Assembly (NCBI RefSeq): GCF_009914755.1
Contig: NC_060937.1
Source of the DNA: the human T2T-CHM13v2.0 reference genome, Homo sapiens
Strand: one strand, 5' to 3'
Length of the DNA: 64,000 bases
Under the pieces are notes generated by a model that saw only the letters and a program-made list of their open reading frames with translations, did not search any database and was not told the origin of the DNA. Both the position numbers and the translations under genes were made by a program. Positions 12,298 through 27,380 of this stretch are shown piece by piece. Positions within the stretch are counted from its first letter, which is position 1, and the number at the start of each line of letters is the position of its first letter.

Positions 12298-13367
12298 TGA
12301 AACCACTGTTGCAAAATTGTGACAGTAAGAGAAATCTAACATTGTTGACTCCATCTTGCTTCTGACCTCCAAGCTCTCTTTGGTCATTTCTGGGTGTAGG
12401 CCAAGCTAACTTCAGGAGGAATTATAGTTCCACTTGAAAGCAAGGATAATAATAGTCCCTCCCTAAAACTAACTCCTTCCTTGCTCAAGGACTGAAAACC
12501 GCCTTTGTAAGACTATTGAAAGCTACAAGAATAGGATTATGGGAGGAACTGAAATCTGCTGAGATGTAGGCATGCTTTCTATAACCCCTTACTGCTCAGG
12601 AGTCATGTGAGCAGAGGTCACAAGACTTGTGTCTTTACCAATTGCTTCTATAGATTGGGGTCCCCAACAGGTACTACTCCATGGCCTGTTAAAAACCAGG
12701 AGGCACAGCAGGAGGTGAGAGGCAGGCGAGCAAGCATTACCGCCTGAGCCCTGCCTCCTGTCAGATCAGCGGTGTCATTAGATTCTCATAGGAGTGCAAA
12801 CCCTATTGTGAACTGCACATGAGAGGGATCTAGGGTTGTGAGCTCCTTATGAGAATCCAATGCCTGATGATCTGAGGTGGAATAGTTTCATCCCAACACC
12901 TTCCCCCACACCCTCTGGTCTGTGGAAAAATTGTCTTCCTCAAAACCTGTCTCTGGTGCCAAAAAGTTTGGAGACCACTGCTATAGATAACATCATTACT
13001 GTAGAACCTAAGATTGGTTTTTGAGATGTTTTTAGATTGACCCCACCTGGACTCCTGTCTCATGACTAGGCTGGTCCTGTGGCCCCACCCAGAGGCTGAC
13101 TCAGCACATGAGGACTGTTTTCCACGCTCCTGTGATTTCGTCCCCAACCACTTAGCAGCACCCAATTCCATAACCCCCTGTCCACCTAATTGTCCATAAA
13201 AACCCTAACCTCTAAGCCTTTGGAGAGACTGATTTAAGGGATAGCTCCAGCTCTCCCGTGTGGGCCGGCCTCACATCAATCAAACTCTTTTCTCTACTAC
13301 AATGCCATGGTCTCATGAATAGATTTTGTCTGTATGGCAGGCAGGAAGAACCCGTCAGGCAATTACA
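12298..13367 (+). mobile_element. LTR8-family solo LTR (ERV1)
   Basis: TGAAACC...GCAAAATT start and ...GGCAATTACA end, with 4-bp TSD GGTG. Confidence 0.88.
12656..12980 (+). mobile_element. MER1B (hAT-Charlie MITE)
   Basis: GGGGTCCCCAAC...GTTTGGAGACCACTG termini and 8-bp TSD CTATAGAT (12648-12655, 12981-12988). Confidence 0.9.
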
Positions 13368-13650
13368 GGTGTGTGGAGAAAGCCCCTCCACATTTTGAGG
13401 ACCAGAAGTGTTCTGTGTTGACAGTATAGCAGGAGAAGAAAGTTTGGTTTGTTTTCATTATATATATGTGGTAAAGGTTGCTTAGTTTTATAAGAAACTG
13501 CCAAATGTTTTCCAAAGCAGTTGCAACATTTTGCACTCCCACCAGCAATGAACAAGAGTTTCTGTTGCTCCTAATCTTTCCTAGCATTTGGTGTTCATAT
13601 TTTATACTTTAGCCATTCTAATGGGTGTGTAGTAGTAGCTCATTGTGGTG

Positions 13651-13949
13651 TTTGTTTGTTTGTGTTTGTTTGAGATGGAGTTTGCTGTGTCATTCAGGTT
13701 GGAGTGTGGTGGCATGATCATGGCTGACCACAGACCCAATCTCCTGGGCTCAAGCAATCCTCCCACCTCAGCCTCCTGAGTAGCCAGGACCACAGGTGTG
13801 TGCCACCATGCCCAGCTAATTTTTAAATTTTTTGGTAGATGGTGTCTCACTATGTTGCCAAGGCTGGTCTTGAGTTCATTGCCTCAAGCAATCTCCTGCC
13901 TTGGCCTCCTTTAGCACTGGGATTACAAGAGTGAGCCATGGGCCTGGCC
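13651..13949 (-). mobile_element. AluJ
   Basis: Antisense dimer with CTCCTGGGCTCAAGCAATCCTCC and a (TTTG)n tail. Confidence 0.92.
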
Positions 13950-14271
13950 TCATTGCTGTTTTAATTTGTAATTCTCAAATGACATACGATGTGCAGCATC
14001 TTTTCATGGGCGTAATTGCCATCTGTATATTTTCTTTGGTGAGGTGTCTGTTCAGATCTTTGGCCCACTTTTTAACTGGGTTGTTTTTTTCCTATTGTCA
14101 AATTTTAAGAGTCTTTTGTACATTTTAAGTTCCATTCCTTTATCAGGTATGTGTTTTGTAAATATTTGCTTCTAGTCTGTGGCTTGTCCTTTCATTCTCT
14201 CAACAATGTCTTTAACAGAGCAGTTTTTAATTTTGATGGAGTCCAGCTTATCAATTCTTTCTTTTATGGAT

Positions 14272-15168
14272 TGTAAACCAAAAATAAAATCCTAAGCCCC
14301 CCAACTGACTGAACAGACCCCTCTTGGCCAATAGGATCCCAGAGAAACCTGAAAAACTAAATTCCAGGCCATGATGGGAAGAGAGGTCAGACACACCTCA
14401 TTATAACCCCTCCCTGTTGGGGTTTAGGCACAGCTAACTAACATTTACATTAAAATAGAGATCATGAAACTGACAGAGAAGACTCTGTGGCAGTAAGATA
14501 CCAAATTCCAACCGACTCTGGCATAGCATCACATGACAGATAGCAAACCCTGAAGAAAATGAAAATATTTTATCCCATGGTATATTTCTTTGACATATTT
14601 GTAAATGGCCCTGCAAAGCCACCTTTTGTAGGGGAAATTCGCATCTGTAGAGAATCTCCATTAATACAGCCAGGACTTCCCCAGATCTAGGAGAGATTAA
14701 TTGAAACTCTGACAACTTTCAAGGTCCAAAAAGGGACTTTTACCATCCATTCTCTCTGAAGCCTGCTATCTGGAGGCTTCATCTACATAACAAGAACCTT
14801 GGCTTCCACAACCCCTCTTATCTTAACTCAAGCATTTCTTTCTACTGACTTCAAGTCTTCAGACAAAGCTTAACTCTTTCAACCAACTGCCAAACAGAAA
14901 ATCTTTGAATTCACTTATGACCTATAAGCCCCTGCTTCACAATGTCTCACCTTTCTGGGATCAATCAATATATACCTTCTGAGTATTGATTTATGCCTTT
15001 GCTTATAATTTCTGTCTCTCTAAAACATATAAAACCAAACCATAACCTGACCACCTCAGACACACTTTCTCAGGACCTCTTAAGACTGTTCCCCAGGCCA
15101 TGGTCACTCACATTGGCTCAGAATAATCCTTTTAAAATATTTCGCAGAGTTTAGTTTTGTCATCAACA
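14272..15168 (+). mobile_element. MER4D-like solo LTR (ERV1)
   Basis: TGTAAACCAAAAATAAAATCCTAAGCCCCCCAACTGACTGAA ... TCAACA, with 4-bp TSD GGAT. Confidence 0.88.
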
Positions 15169-17399
15169 GGATCATGCCTTTGGTGTTGTATCTAAAAAGT
15201 TATTGCCATACCCAAGGTCATCTAGATTTTCTCCTATGTTATCTTCTAGGGGTTTTATAGTTTTACATTTTACGTTTAGGTCTATGATCCATTTTGAATA
15301 AATTTTTAGTGAAAAGTGTAGAATCAGTATCTAATTTCACTTTTTAAACTTTGCATGTGGATATCCAGTTGTTCCAGCACCATTTGTTGAAAAGACTATC
15401 ATTTCTCATTTGAATTGTCTTCGTTTCTTTTCAAACATCAGTTGGCTATATTTGTGTGGGTCTTTTTCTGGACTTTCTGTTCTGCTCCAATGATCCATTT
15501 GTCTATTATTTCAACAGCACCACATAGTCTTGATTACCATAGCTGTATAGTAAGTCTTGAAGTCAGGTAGTATCAGTTCTGTGACTTTGTTTTTCTTCAG
15601 TATTGTGTTGGCTATTCTGGGTCGTTTGCCTTTCTACATAAACTTTAAAATCAGTTTCCTGGTATTCACAAAATAACTTGCTGGAATTTTGAATGGAATA
15701 TATTGACTCTATAGCAAGTTGGGAAGAACTGGCATCTTGACAATACTGAGTCTTCCTATCCATGAACATGGAATAGTTCTCCATTTTCTTGGATTTTAAA
15801 AATTTATTTCATTAAAGTTTTGTAGTTTTCCTTATATAGATCGTATACATATTTTGTTAGATTGCACCTACATATTTTTCTTTTTTTAACTTGGGGCTAA
15901 TGTAAATGGTTTTTTTTTTTAATTTTAAATTTCAGTTGTTCATTGCTCATATATTGGAAAGCAATTGATATTTTATTTATAGTCCTTGGATTCTGCAATC
16001 TTCTTATAGTCACTTATTAGTTTAAGGAGGAGTTTTAAAATTGTTGATTCTTGGGCATTTTCTATCTGAACAATCATGTCATCTGCAAACAAAGAAAATT
16101 TTATGTCTTCTAATCTGCATACATTTTATTTACTTTTCTTGTCTTATTGCATTTTAATATGATGTTGAATAGGAGCAAGTGAAAAGAAACATCTCTGCCC
16201 TTTCCTAATCTTGGGGGAAAAGTGTCTAGTTTCTCACCATTAAGTATGACATTAACTGTAGGTTTTTGTAGATATTCTTTGTCAAATTGAGGGAGTTCTC
16301 TATTCCTAGTTTTTTGAAAGTCTGTATCATGAATGGGTGTTGGATTTTTGTCAAATGTTTTTTATCCATCTACTGATATGATCATATGACTTTTCTTCTT
16401 TAGCCTGTTGATGTGATTAATTTCACTACTAATTTTGGATGTTGAACCAGCCTTGCGTAAGTGGAATAAAGCCCATTTGATCATGGTGCAGAATTCTTTT
16501 TATACATTGTTGAATTTAATTTGCTAATATTTTGTTGAGAACTGTTGCATCTATGTTCATGAGAGATATTGGTCCTTAGTTTCCCTTTCTTGTACTGTCT
16601 TTGATTTTGATATTAGAATAATGCTGGCCTTATAAAATGAATTAGGAAGTATTCTCTCTGTTTCTGTTTTCTGGAGCAGATAGTAGAAAACTGGTATAAT
16701 TTCTTCCTTAAATGTTTGGTAGAATTCACCAGTAAGCCTTTCTGGTCTTGGTGTTTTGTCTTTGGGAAGATTATCAGTTATCGATCCAATTTCTATAAGA
16801 AATATGTCTATTAAGATAATCTATTTCTCCTTGTTGTGAGTTTTGGTAGATTGTGTCTTTCAAGTAACTAGTCAGTTTCATCTAGGTATCAAATTTCTGG
16901 GCATAGAGTTGTTCATTATATTCATGTATTATCCTTTTAATGTCCACGGGATCTATAGTGATGTCCCTCTATCATTTCTGTTGTTAGAGGTTTGTGTCTT
17001 CTCTTTTTTTTTTCTTGACTAGTCTGACTAAAGGTTTATCAATTTTATTAATGTTTTTAAAGAACCAAATTTTGATTTCATTGATTTTCTTTATTGTTTT
17101 TCTGTTTTCAATTTCATTGATTTCTGCTCTGATTTTTATTATTTTTTTCTGCTTACTTTACATTTGATTTGCTCTTCTTTTTCTAGTTTCTTAAGATGGA
17201 ATTTTAAGTTATTTACTTTAGATGTTTATTCTTTTCCAATATATTCATCCAATGCTGTAAATTTCCCTCTAAGCTCTGTTTTCACTGATTCTCACAAATT
17301 TTGATAGGTTGCATTTTCATTTTCATTTAGTTCAAAATACTTTTTAATTTCTCTTGAGGTTTCTTTGACCCACATATCGGGCTGATTCTTTTCTTATCA

Positions 17400-18600
<1,201 letters not shown>

Positions 18601-19626
18601 GCAGGTTTTCCCCCCATATTTTACCTAAAGTTTATAGCTGTTACCTGTGGAAAGGTTGGTTCAGTGGGGGCTATTCTGCCATTACCAAAAGTTGGGTCCT
18701 GTTCTCTACTTTTTAATTGGTAAGCATGCTTTGTAGTTATGGAAATCAACTCTTTGTAAGTGAATTGAAAACTCCCAGCCCCCAGTTTTTCTTTTATTTA
18801 CCATGTTTTTTTCCCACAAAGAGTTTAAAAGTGTAAACATATTTTATTAGCTTTGTTTTTTGCAGTGCCTTCTGAATTTTTTATCCAGAGAGGTGTTAAG
18901 ATTTTCCTGAGTGGTCTTCTTCATTCTAAGATTATAAAAATATGCACCTTTGCTTTCTATTACTTTCTGTCTTTCTTTTCCTTTTCTTTGTCCTGCCCTC
19001 CTTTTCTCTATCTTTCCCTCTTTTTTTTTTTTTCCAGCCATGAGTATTTATCAAGTGTGCCTATGATGCAAGAAAGAGAGATGGTCCCTGGTCTCACAGA
19101 GCTTATATCTTCATGACTCTGGGATCTGGCTAGATTTAGAAATAATTGCAGCAAGAACTTGTCTGTGTACCCATCAGCAGCACTGTATAAAGCACATTTT
19201 CACATTATCAGTCACTGTTACAGTGAAATTGTTAAGTGAGTAAAAATTATCCTTAAAATCTGTAGTCATAGAGATGACGTGGTATATAATGTCCAGCAAA
19301 TGCACATTTATGGCTTGATTCCTCACATATCTGAGGGGTCTCCCTGGGATAATAGTTGCTATTTAGAATTGCCATCTTTCCTACTTTTAGGTGGAGTGGT
19401 TTTCCAGTTGAGTGTTCTTAAGATAAGCATTACTGAAAGGAAAGATAGCAGAAAGAATTTTTTCTTGGTTTCCCTCTTCATAGATGCCAGTGCTCCTGGA
19501 TCAGAGTGGAGCCTCCTGCTCACGCACTACTTCTGAGAGCCAGTGGCGACCACAGAGGGAGTGCCCTCTTTCTTCTTTCACATTTAAATCTTTTTTAAAA
19601 AAAACTTATTAAATTTAATTTTAATT

Positions 19627-19991
<365 letters not shown>

Positions 19992-20144
19992 TGAAGTGTG
20001 TTTTAATACATGGGATAAAGAGTAGAGAGGAGGAATTTTGTTTTAGCAAAATGGATAACTAATTGTCCTAATATCATTTATTGAAAAATTTATCATTTAA
20101 ATATTTTATTTTGAATCCTCTGTATTAACCCTTAAGTTGCCATA

Positions 20145-20265
20145 CCCTCTTCACAGATAGGGTATCTGAGAATAAGTTAAACATGCTCTTTGAGGTCACA
20201 CCCCTGGAAACTTGAAACACCAGAATTCAAACTAAGTCTATAGACTCCACAGCTCACTTTTTGCC
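20145..20265. mobile_element. MIR fragment
   Basis: ACAGAT...CTGAG...AAGTTAA...GAGGTCACAC...GAATTCAAAC...GACTCCA core pattern. Confidence 0.5.
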
Positions 20266-22164
20266 CCTTCCCATTATAAACCACCTTGTCTAGTGCCAGA
20301 GCTCAAAAGAGGCCGTGGGAACCCACTCATCTGCAGCCTCCTGAGAGACTGTGATTTGGAAAAGTTAAGGGCCCACCTGAGATTACCCAACAGCACAAGA
20401 TATCATTAGTCTCTTTGTCTAGTGCTGCCTTCCAGGAGAACATGTTTTTGGAGAATGTCTTTGTGCTGCTAAAATAACTCAACTCCCTTAGATGGTTCAA
20501 AACATCTCAGCCTACAGCAAACTGGGCTTCATTTTGCACTAATAAGGTTCTATTGTTAATTTCAGAATCATATATTGCTATTTGAGATGCACCAATTGGC
20601 TTTAGATGGGAAAGGGTTATAAGAAATCGGAAGGTTTATGCTGCAAAGAGGGAGAGTAAGAGTTGGCATGTGGCTGGTACATTCCTTCCTTTTATGCTCC
20701 CCTTTTGTGGTGGCGAAAGTATGCTTTGCAGAGAGGTGAGAAGGAGGAAAAGCAGTTGGCTTGGCAGATGGACCAGGAGTGCTGCTCCCAACTGGGGCCC
20801 ACGGGGCAGGAGCCCTCACATTCCACAGAGGAAGGTCAGCAGGAAATACTGACATCATGTCCGTGTCTATGAACGGCTGGAATGCTCTGTGGTTCCTGAC
20901 CCATGTGAAAAATATGTGAGGTTGAAATGGGGAGATGCCCACTGCCATGAGCCATGTCTGCCAACATCCAGGTTTCCACCATTGGCTTCTCTTCAGAGCC
21001 CTGAGAGAGCAGCCCTGCAGACACTGTTCATGGACACTGACTGTGGCAAGAGGTGGCGACAGACCCTTGAGCTTAGTGGTCTATAGCTAGTAGGATTGAT
21101 GATGGGGTAATGTGGGATTGATAGGGCGAGTAACATGGTATTAATAGTGGATTCTCTGTGGGGTGGCTGGGGGCATATCATGGGCCTGGTGGTTGTTGCA
21201 GCTCTGCTCTTGTCTTACTGTCTGCATGGTAGAGCTTGGCTAAAGCCAAAGGACACCCTGGGCCTATCTCCATTGCCCTGGAGGAGAAGGCAGGGCAGGT
21301 TCATTAGTCACAGCTGCTTCACCTGTTCTCTGTTCTCTCTGCTCTCAGGCTGTGGACAGTGCTGGGCCCACAGAAAAAGGTCCCTGACCTTGTAGACCAG
21401 GGCTTTGCAACCTATCTGTGGGGAATAATATGTTTTATTAATTTCCAATGTGGACAGAGATTTTAACACCCCCTTCCAGTACTTGTGATGTGGTTTGGAC
21501 ACCACGTCTCTTCGCCCACCACTCACCAGGATGGGACCAGACAGCCTCAGCCCTCCATCTGAGATAATACCCCAAGCAGGGAACCTCTTGGGAAAAGGCA
21601 GAGTTGCTATGCCAAATAAATCACATGTCCATTTAGTAATAAACCAACACAAATAGCACAAGTGGATTTTTGTGGCGTTTCCAAAGGTGAGCCTGTCTGT
21701 CCAGTGAAGCTGAGGAATCTGGACTGGGAGGACCCAGACTGCAGTCCGACCTCCAGCACCTTAGGCAGCCAGTGTTTCCAGTGCTGCAGCCACAGCTGAG
21801 GGGAAAACAGTTTACCAGACTTTAATGATGTTCACAAAACAACCACAGCCCTGGGCATGTTGTGTGCTCTTTGTAAATTAACTCACATAATCCTCACGAC
21901 AACCTTCTAAGATGGGCACTGTTGCCTTCATCTCACCACGTTGGATGGCACAGTCACCAAGTTCCTGACCTCCTCTTCTCTATTGGTTTATTCGCAGGCC
22001 GGAAAAGAGGCATAAACTCGGAGAACCCAAGACCCCGGCCTGGCGTGCAGCCCCAGCAGCCGGACCAGCCTTGGGCAACAGCGTGCGACGTTCAGCTGTC
22101 TGTGTCTCCAGTGCTCCCATTCCATCGCACCTGAATGAGGGATTTGGGAGGTAAAACAGGCAAA

Positions 22165-23350
22165 TAATGAAATATACAAATCTTCATTGTGCAGTTTTGA
22201 TCAGTTGCTTCTCCTATGCAACCCTCACCCCAATAGAGACACAGCCTCTCGTCGGAACGCTCCTGCACACCCTTCTCGCAACCCCCACCACCTGCCCCCC
22301 ACTCCCGACCAGAGCAGCCGCCGTCCTGGTGTCTCCCATCAGAGGTAAGTGTGGTCTCCCGACCAGAGCAGCCACCGTCCTGGTGTCTCCCATCAGAGGT
22401 AAGTGTGGTCTCCCGACCAGAGCAGCCACCGTCCTGGTGTCTCCCATCAGAGGTAAGTGTGGTCTCCCGACCAGAGCAGCCACCGTCCTGGTGTCTGCCA
22501 TCAGAGGTAAGTGTGGTCTCCCGACCAGAGCAGCCACCGTCCTGGTGTCTGCCATCAGAGGTAAGTGTGGTCTCCCGACCAGAGCAGCCACCGTCCTGGT
22601 GTCTCCCATCAGAGGTAAGTGTGGTCTCCCGACCAGAGCAGCCACCGTCCTGGTGTCTCCCATCAGAGGTAAGTGTGGTCTCCCGACCAGAGCAGCCACC
22701 GTCCTGGTGTCTGCCATCAGAGGTAAGTGTGGTCTCCCGACCAGAGCAGCCACCGTCCTGGTGTCTGCCATCAGAGGTAAGTGTGGTCTCCCGACCAGAG
22801 CAGCCACCGTCCTGGTGTCTCCCATCAGAGGTAAGTGTGGTCTCCCGACCAGAGCAGCCACCGTCCTGGTGTCTCCCATCAGAGGTAAGTGTGGTCTCCC
22901 GACCAGAGCAGCCACCGTCCTGGTGTCTCCCATCAGAGGTAAGTGTGGTCTCCCGACCAGAGCAACCACCGTCCTGGTGTCTCCCATCAGAGGTAAGTGG
23001 GGTCTCCTGACCAGAGCAACCACCGTCCTGGTGTCTCCCATCAGAGGTAAGTGTGGTCTCCTGACCAGAGCAACCACCGTCCTGGTGTCTCCCATCAGAG
23101 GTAAGTGTGGTCTCCCGACCAGAGCAGCCACCGTCCTGGTGTCTGCCATCAGAGGTAAGTGTGGTCTCCCGACCAGAGCAACCACCGTCCTGGTGTCTCC
23201 CATCAGAGGTAAGTGGGGTCTCCTGACCAGAGCAACCACCGTCCTGGTGTCTCCCATCAGAGGTAAGTGGGGTCTGTTTTTGAAAGTCACTGACACGAAA
23301 CCGTGCAGAATGTACTTTTTGTGTCTGAGATTCACTCACCTCCTTGTGCA
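22165..23350 (-). mobile_element. L1ME/MB 3' UTR fragment hosting the 54-bp VNTR
   Basis: Flanks resemble the antisense L1M 3' end (…CAACCAC…CTGTTTTTGAAAGTCA…ATGTACTTTTTGTGTCTG). Confidence 0.55.
22303..23275. repeat. VNTR, 54-bp unit x18
   Basis: Unit CTCCCGACCAGAGCAGCCACCGTCCTGGTGTCTCCCATCAGAGGTAAGTGTGGT; AGAGGTAAGT recurs every 54 bp from 22341 to 23259. Confidence 0.98.
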
Positions 23351-24660
23351 GAACCTTGAAGTCCTCGTGAAGAAATGTGGCCCCATTAGTGTCCTGCACC
23401 TTTTCTCCCCTCACTGATTGTTAGAAGCCAGGTGCTGTGCTATGCCTGCTAGGGCCAGTATTTGACAAATTCCCTGCTTCGCTAAAGAGGAGGGTTCGTG
23501 TCTGGAAGTCACGGGCCCGGTGACAGGCCCACTGTCTGTCCTGGAGGGCCAGACCCATCATGCCAGTGAGTGCGGGCCTTGCCCACCGTTGTGTGTGCGG
23601 CCCTAGACACACTTGCAGAACTGGCCCCAATAGGGAGTTTAGAGAGAGGATTGCACAGGCGAGTGGATGAATGAGTGACATTTCAGAAGCTGAGGTTTGT
23701 AGCTGCTGCCTGCAATCTGTTCTGAAGTCCAGCAGCAGCAAAGGGGTGGGGAGGGGTCAGGCTCACCTGAGACAGGAAGGTGGGTTCCCCCAGGCAGAGG
23801 CTTGGCAGAGGGAATCATTGTTGGGACATCTCTAAAAATAAGTGACAGAAAGTTCCGAGTTCTCTCACGCAGTCTAGAAACACAGATTCTTACTGCACAG
23901 ATTTTTCTTTAAAGTGAAGCAGGAATTTCAATGCTCTGAACTGACACCAGCAAACCAAGGCAGTTCTGGCTCATCCAAGGGTTGGGGTTCTTATTTCAAA
24001 CTCGAGAGGCCTGGACTAAGATGCATCATCACTAACCAGGCTCCAACAAGGCAGAAATGCCGCTTTATCAAAACCACCGCAGGCTGGAGAGAAATAAGAG
24101 CTGCCTTGCCAAGGCTGGGACCGCCAGCAGAGGCATACTCAGCTTCCAGGTGGGGCCTGCCAGCTGGGGGCTGGCCCTGAAGATCACAGACTCCCAGACC
24201 GAGGGGGCGGGAAGGTCGTCTCATCCAGTGGGGACCCCTGTCCAGCCTTTTCTCCTGCTCTGTAGAACCTGTGGGGTCATTTCAGGAAACAAAATATACG
24301 AAGCTATCCAGCCTCAAAGCCATAAGTAACTAAGTAACTGAAAAATTAGACCCAAGCTTCCAGAAAAACGGTGCAGAACATCCTCCCACTCCCTTGGGTT
24401 GGGAGCTCCTAAAGGCGTTTCTTATTCCTCTCTGTTCTTCTGTCACGACCAGGGCTGAGCGTGCGTTCGAGCTTCTCCTGCATCATGACCAGGATGCTCT
24501 GGGACACCTTGTCCACGTCTGTGTCCACCAGTCCTGCTCAGAATCTCCCCAGGGGCTTTTCCACGATGCCCATCCAGGCGTCACCCTCACTCTAGGCCAG
24601 GAGGAGAAGGCATGCCCTGAGGATTCAGCCTCTTCTTCTTCATCCCTCCCAGCACCCAGT

Positions 24661-25052
24661 GTGTTGGGTGCACACAGTAGGTGCCCCATAAGTATCATAA
24701 GACCACAATGTGTTGGGTGCACACAGTAGGTGCCCCATAAGTATCATAAGACCACAATGTGTTGGGTGCACACAGTAGGTGCCCCATAAGTATCATAAGA
24801 CCACAATGTGTTGGGTGCACACAGTAGGTGCCCCATAAGTATCATAAGACCACAATGTGTTGGGTGCACACAGTAGGTGCCCCATAAGTATCATAAGACC
24901 ACAATGTGTTGGGTGCACACAGTAGGTGCCCCATAAGTATCATAAGACCACAATGTGTTGGGTGCACACAGTAGGTGCCCCATAAGTATCATAAGACCAC
25001 AATGTGTTGGGTGCACACAGTAGGTACCCCATAAGTGTCGGAAGACCATAGT
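24661..25052. repeat. VNTR, 49-bp unit x8 (7 identical, last one diverged)
   Basis: GTGTTGGGTGCACACAGTAGGTGCCCCATAAGTATCATAAGACCACAAT at 24661, 24710 ... 25004. Confidence 0.98.
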
Positions 25053-25199
25053 GCTCCTAGTGTCTTGCTCCTAAACACCGCACTACTCACTATGCAACAT
25101 GGTTTGCACAGGTCTTCAAGGGAGAAAAACAAACTTCTCAGAACTCTCCAGCAAAATACAAATGTTTTGGTATTGAATATATTGTATTTAACTCAAAGC

Positions 25200-25705
25200 A
25201 TTGGATGCTGTCAGGCTGGCCAGGTGATATTTATGAAGAGTCTTACAGGCATTTGTTGTCCCAACATTCTACTTCTGGGAATTTATCCAACGGAAATAAT
25301 TCAAAATGCAGAAAAACTATGGCCAAAAATATTCATTGTAGTATAGCATTATTAGTACTAGTGAAAAATGTACACCAACCAAATGTCTAATAGGGAGGTT
25401 GTTAAGTGGCTGTGGTAAATTCTCTGAATGTATGGTCATGGAGAAAGAGAGAATAACATTTATCAAGAATTAATAACATTCCATCCATGAGTTATGATAA
25501 AGTAATCTGTGATAATTCCGTTCTAAAAGATATAAAATTATATATATGACATATAAGCCCAACCATTTTTTTCCTTGAACTACAATATAAGAGTTCTTAA
25601 GGGAAATATGGCAAAATGTTCAAGGATGGTTTGTGGTTTCTCTGGGTGATGGGACTGTAGGTGATTTCTTTTACATTTTTTTTCCCATCATGCGTGTATT
25701 ACAAT
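25200..25705 (+). mobile_element. L1ME-type 3' end fragment
   Basis: CCCAACATTCTACTTCTGGGAATTTATCC...CAACCAAATGTCTAATAGG...TCTCTGGGTGATGGGACTGTAGGTGATTT. Confidence 0.65.
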
Positions 25706-26757
25706 GGAAACTTCCAACGGGACGCCGGCCCCACCCTGTGTGCTGGTTTCTATGGCTACCTGTCATGTCCTCCGCACCCTCTCCTCTCCCCTGAATACAG
25801 TTCCTAGAGACCTTGAGTCCACAGCCCTGGGGCTCTGCACACTGCGGGTCCGGTGGTGTTTCCAGCGCCGTGTGGATGACTTCCCCGCGTGTTTCCCCCT
25901 CTACACAGTTGAGGAACAGAGAAGATCTCCACTTGCCAACGGACACAGCGCTAGTGAAGCCAATTATTGCTACATCCACTGATAAAGTTCGGGGGGAATT
26001 AAATTTTTTGGTCCATGGATGCAAATCGCCTCCAGGCACCTTTACTATCTCAGTGCTCTCCTCAGGAGGCTGCTGTTGGTGGCCAGGGATTTTGCCATAG
26101 CAAAGTTCTTACAGATTCCCAAACAATAGCACTCAGCTGTCTGCCTCTCTGGCAGGAGGACGGACATTCGCAGCTTTGGACTCATTTTCTTCCAAATATG
26201 AACACTTTCAAAGACAGGGATCTGCCAATGACTTTACCAGGAGGGCCTTGCCGGAGCTGTCACTGCTGTGGCATGCAAGAAAGCAAGAGTCCTCCAGGAA
26301 GCCGGCCAAGAGGCGCCTTCTCTTAGGCCAAACATGGGCAACATGAGAATAAGAATACACAAAATCAGGAGAACTAACAGGAGGCTGTGAGGAACTCACC
26401 CCAAATAATGAGGAAGCTGGAGAATAAGACCAGCCTGGTCCAACTAATGGCTGCTCCGTTGGAGGCACAGGAGTGCAGAGGCAGCGAGGCCTGCAGAAGA
26501 CCCCTCGCTGCGCTGGGCGGCAACTCCAGTGAAAAGCTGCTAATCAAACACAACTGAATTCACACTATTTTAAAAATAAGTCTGTAAAGGCAAAACAGGT
26601 TAATAGTATTTTGACACTAAGCTTGTAGTTATAACAGATACTTTAAAAGGTCAATCCCAGTTACCACGGTGACTGCAGCTCAGGCACCGCAGAAGTGCGT
26701 GAGGATGAGAGTGAGGGAGCCGCAGCCTGGAAGGGTGGGTCCCAAAGTCTCACTGGC

Positions 26758-27122
26758 TGATAGGGTTTGGCTGTGTCCCCACCCAAATCTCACCTTGAAT
26801 TGTAGGTTCCATAATCCCCACGTGTTGTGGGAGGGACCTGGTGGGAGGTAATTGAATTATAGGGGCGGGTTTCTCCCATGCTGTTGTTGTGATAGTGAAT
26901 AAGTCTCACACAATCCGATGGTTTTATAAAGGGCAGTTCCCCTGCATACACTCTGTCACCTGCCGCCCTGTAAGATGTGTCTTTGCTCCTCCTTTGCCTT
27001 CCACCATGATTGTGAGGCCTCCCCAGCCATGTGGAACTGTGAGTCCATTAAACCTCTTTTTCTTTATAAATTACCCAGTCTCGTTTAGGTCTTTCTTAGC
27101 AGTGTGAGAATGGACTAATACA
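26758..27122 (+). mobile_element. THE1B-type solo LTR (MaLR)
   Basis: TGATAGGGTTTGGCTGTGTCCCCACCCAAATCTC ... GGACTAATACA, with 5-bp TSD CTGGC. Confidence 0.93.
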
Positions 27123-27179
27123 CTGGCAAATACCAGGGACAACTGTGGTGGTTGTTGTAACAAGAAGGATGACAGTCTC

Positions 27180-27380
27180 TGCCTACTGAGCACACAGTGT
27201 GCCGGATGCTGCAGCGCATGTGGGCAGAGAGGCCTCACTCTGTCTCACAGCGACCCCATGAGGCAGGTGTCACTGCCTCAAGCTACAAATAAAGAAACCG
27301 AGGCTTGAGAAGAATCAGTGACCTGTAGGAGATCACGCAGTTAATAAGCAATCAGGGCCGTGTTTGCAACCCAGACAGAA
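27180..27380 (-). mobile_element. MIR
   Basis: TACTGAGCAC...CTCACAGCGACCCCATGAGGCAGGT...GAAACCGAGGCTTGAGA...TCACGCAGTTAATAAG. Confidence 0.7.

Larger units (their letters stand above)
11563..13465 (+). mobile_element. MER21-family LTR split by LTR8
   Basis: ATTTGGTC...CAGCTCCTAAAGCCTTGGAAT...GTAAAGTGTTTCCCTGAGTTCTGTGAGCCATTCTAGCAA; the element resumes at 13368. Confidence 0.85.

Noticed and set aside
15563-15784. L1 ORF2-derived ORFs as an active LINE (also 34007-34204)
   Set aside because: Short remnants of heavily mutated, interrupted L1M copies.
22092-23417. Long ORFs of 440, 416 and 373 aa as protein-coding genes
   Set aside because: They result from a stop-free 54-bp repeat that is open on both strands inside an L1 relic; there is no non-repeat domain.
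27015-27035. PRDM9 hotspot motif in THE1B
   Set aside because: The sequence is CCTCCCCAGCCAT, the ordinary consensus form, not the hotspot-associated CCTCCCTAGCCAC.
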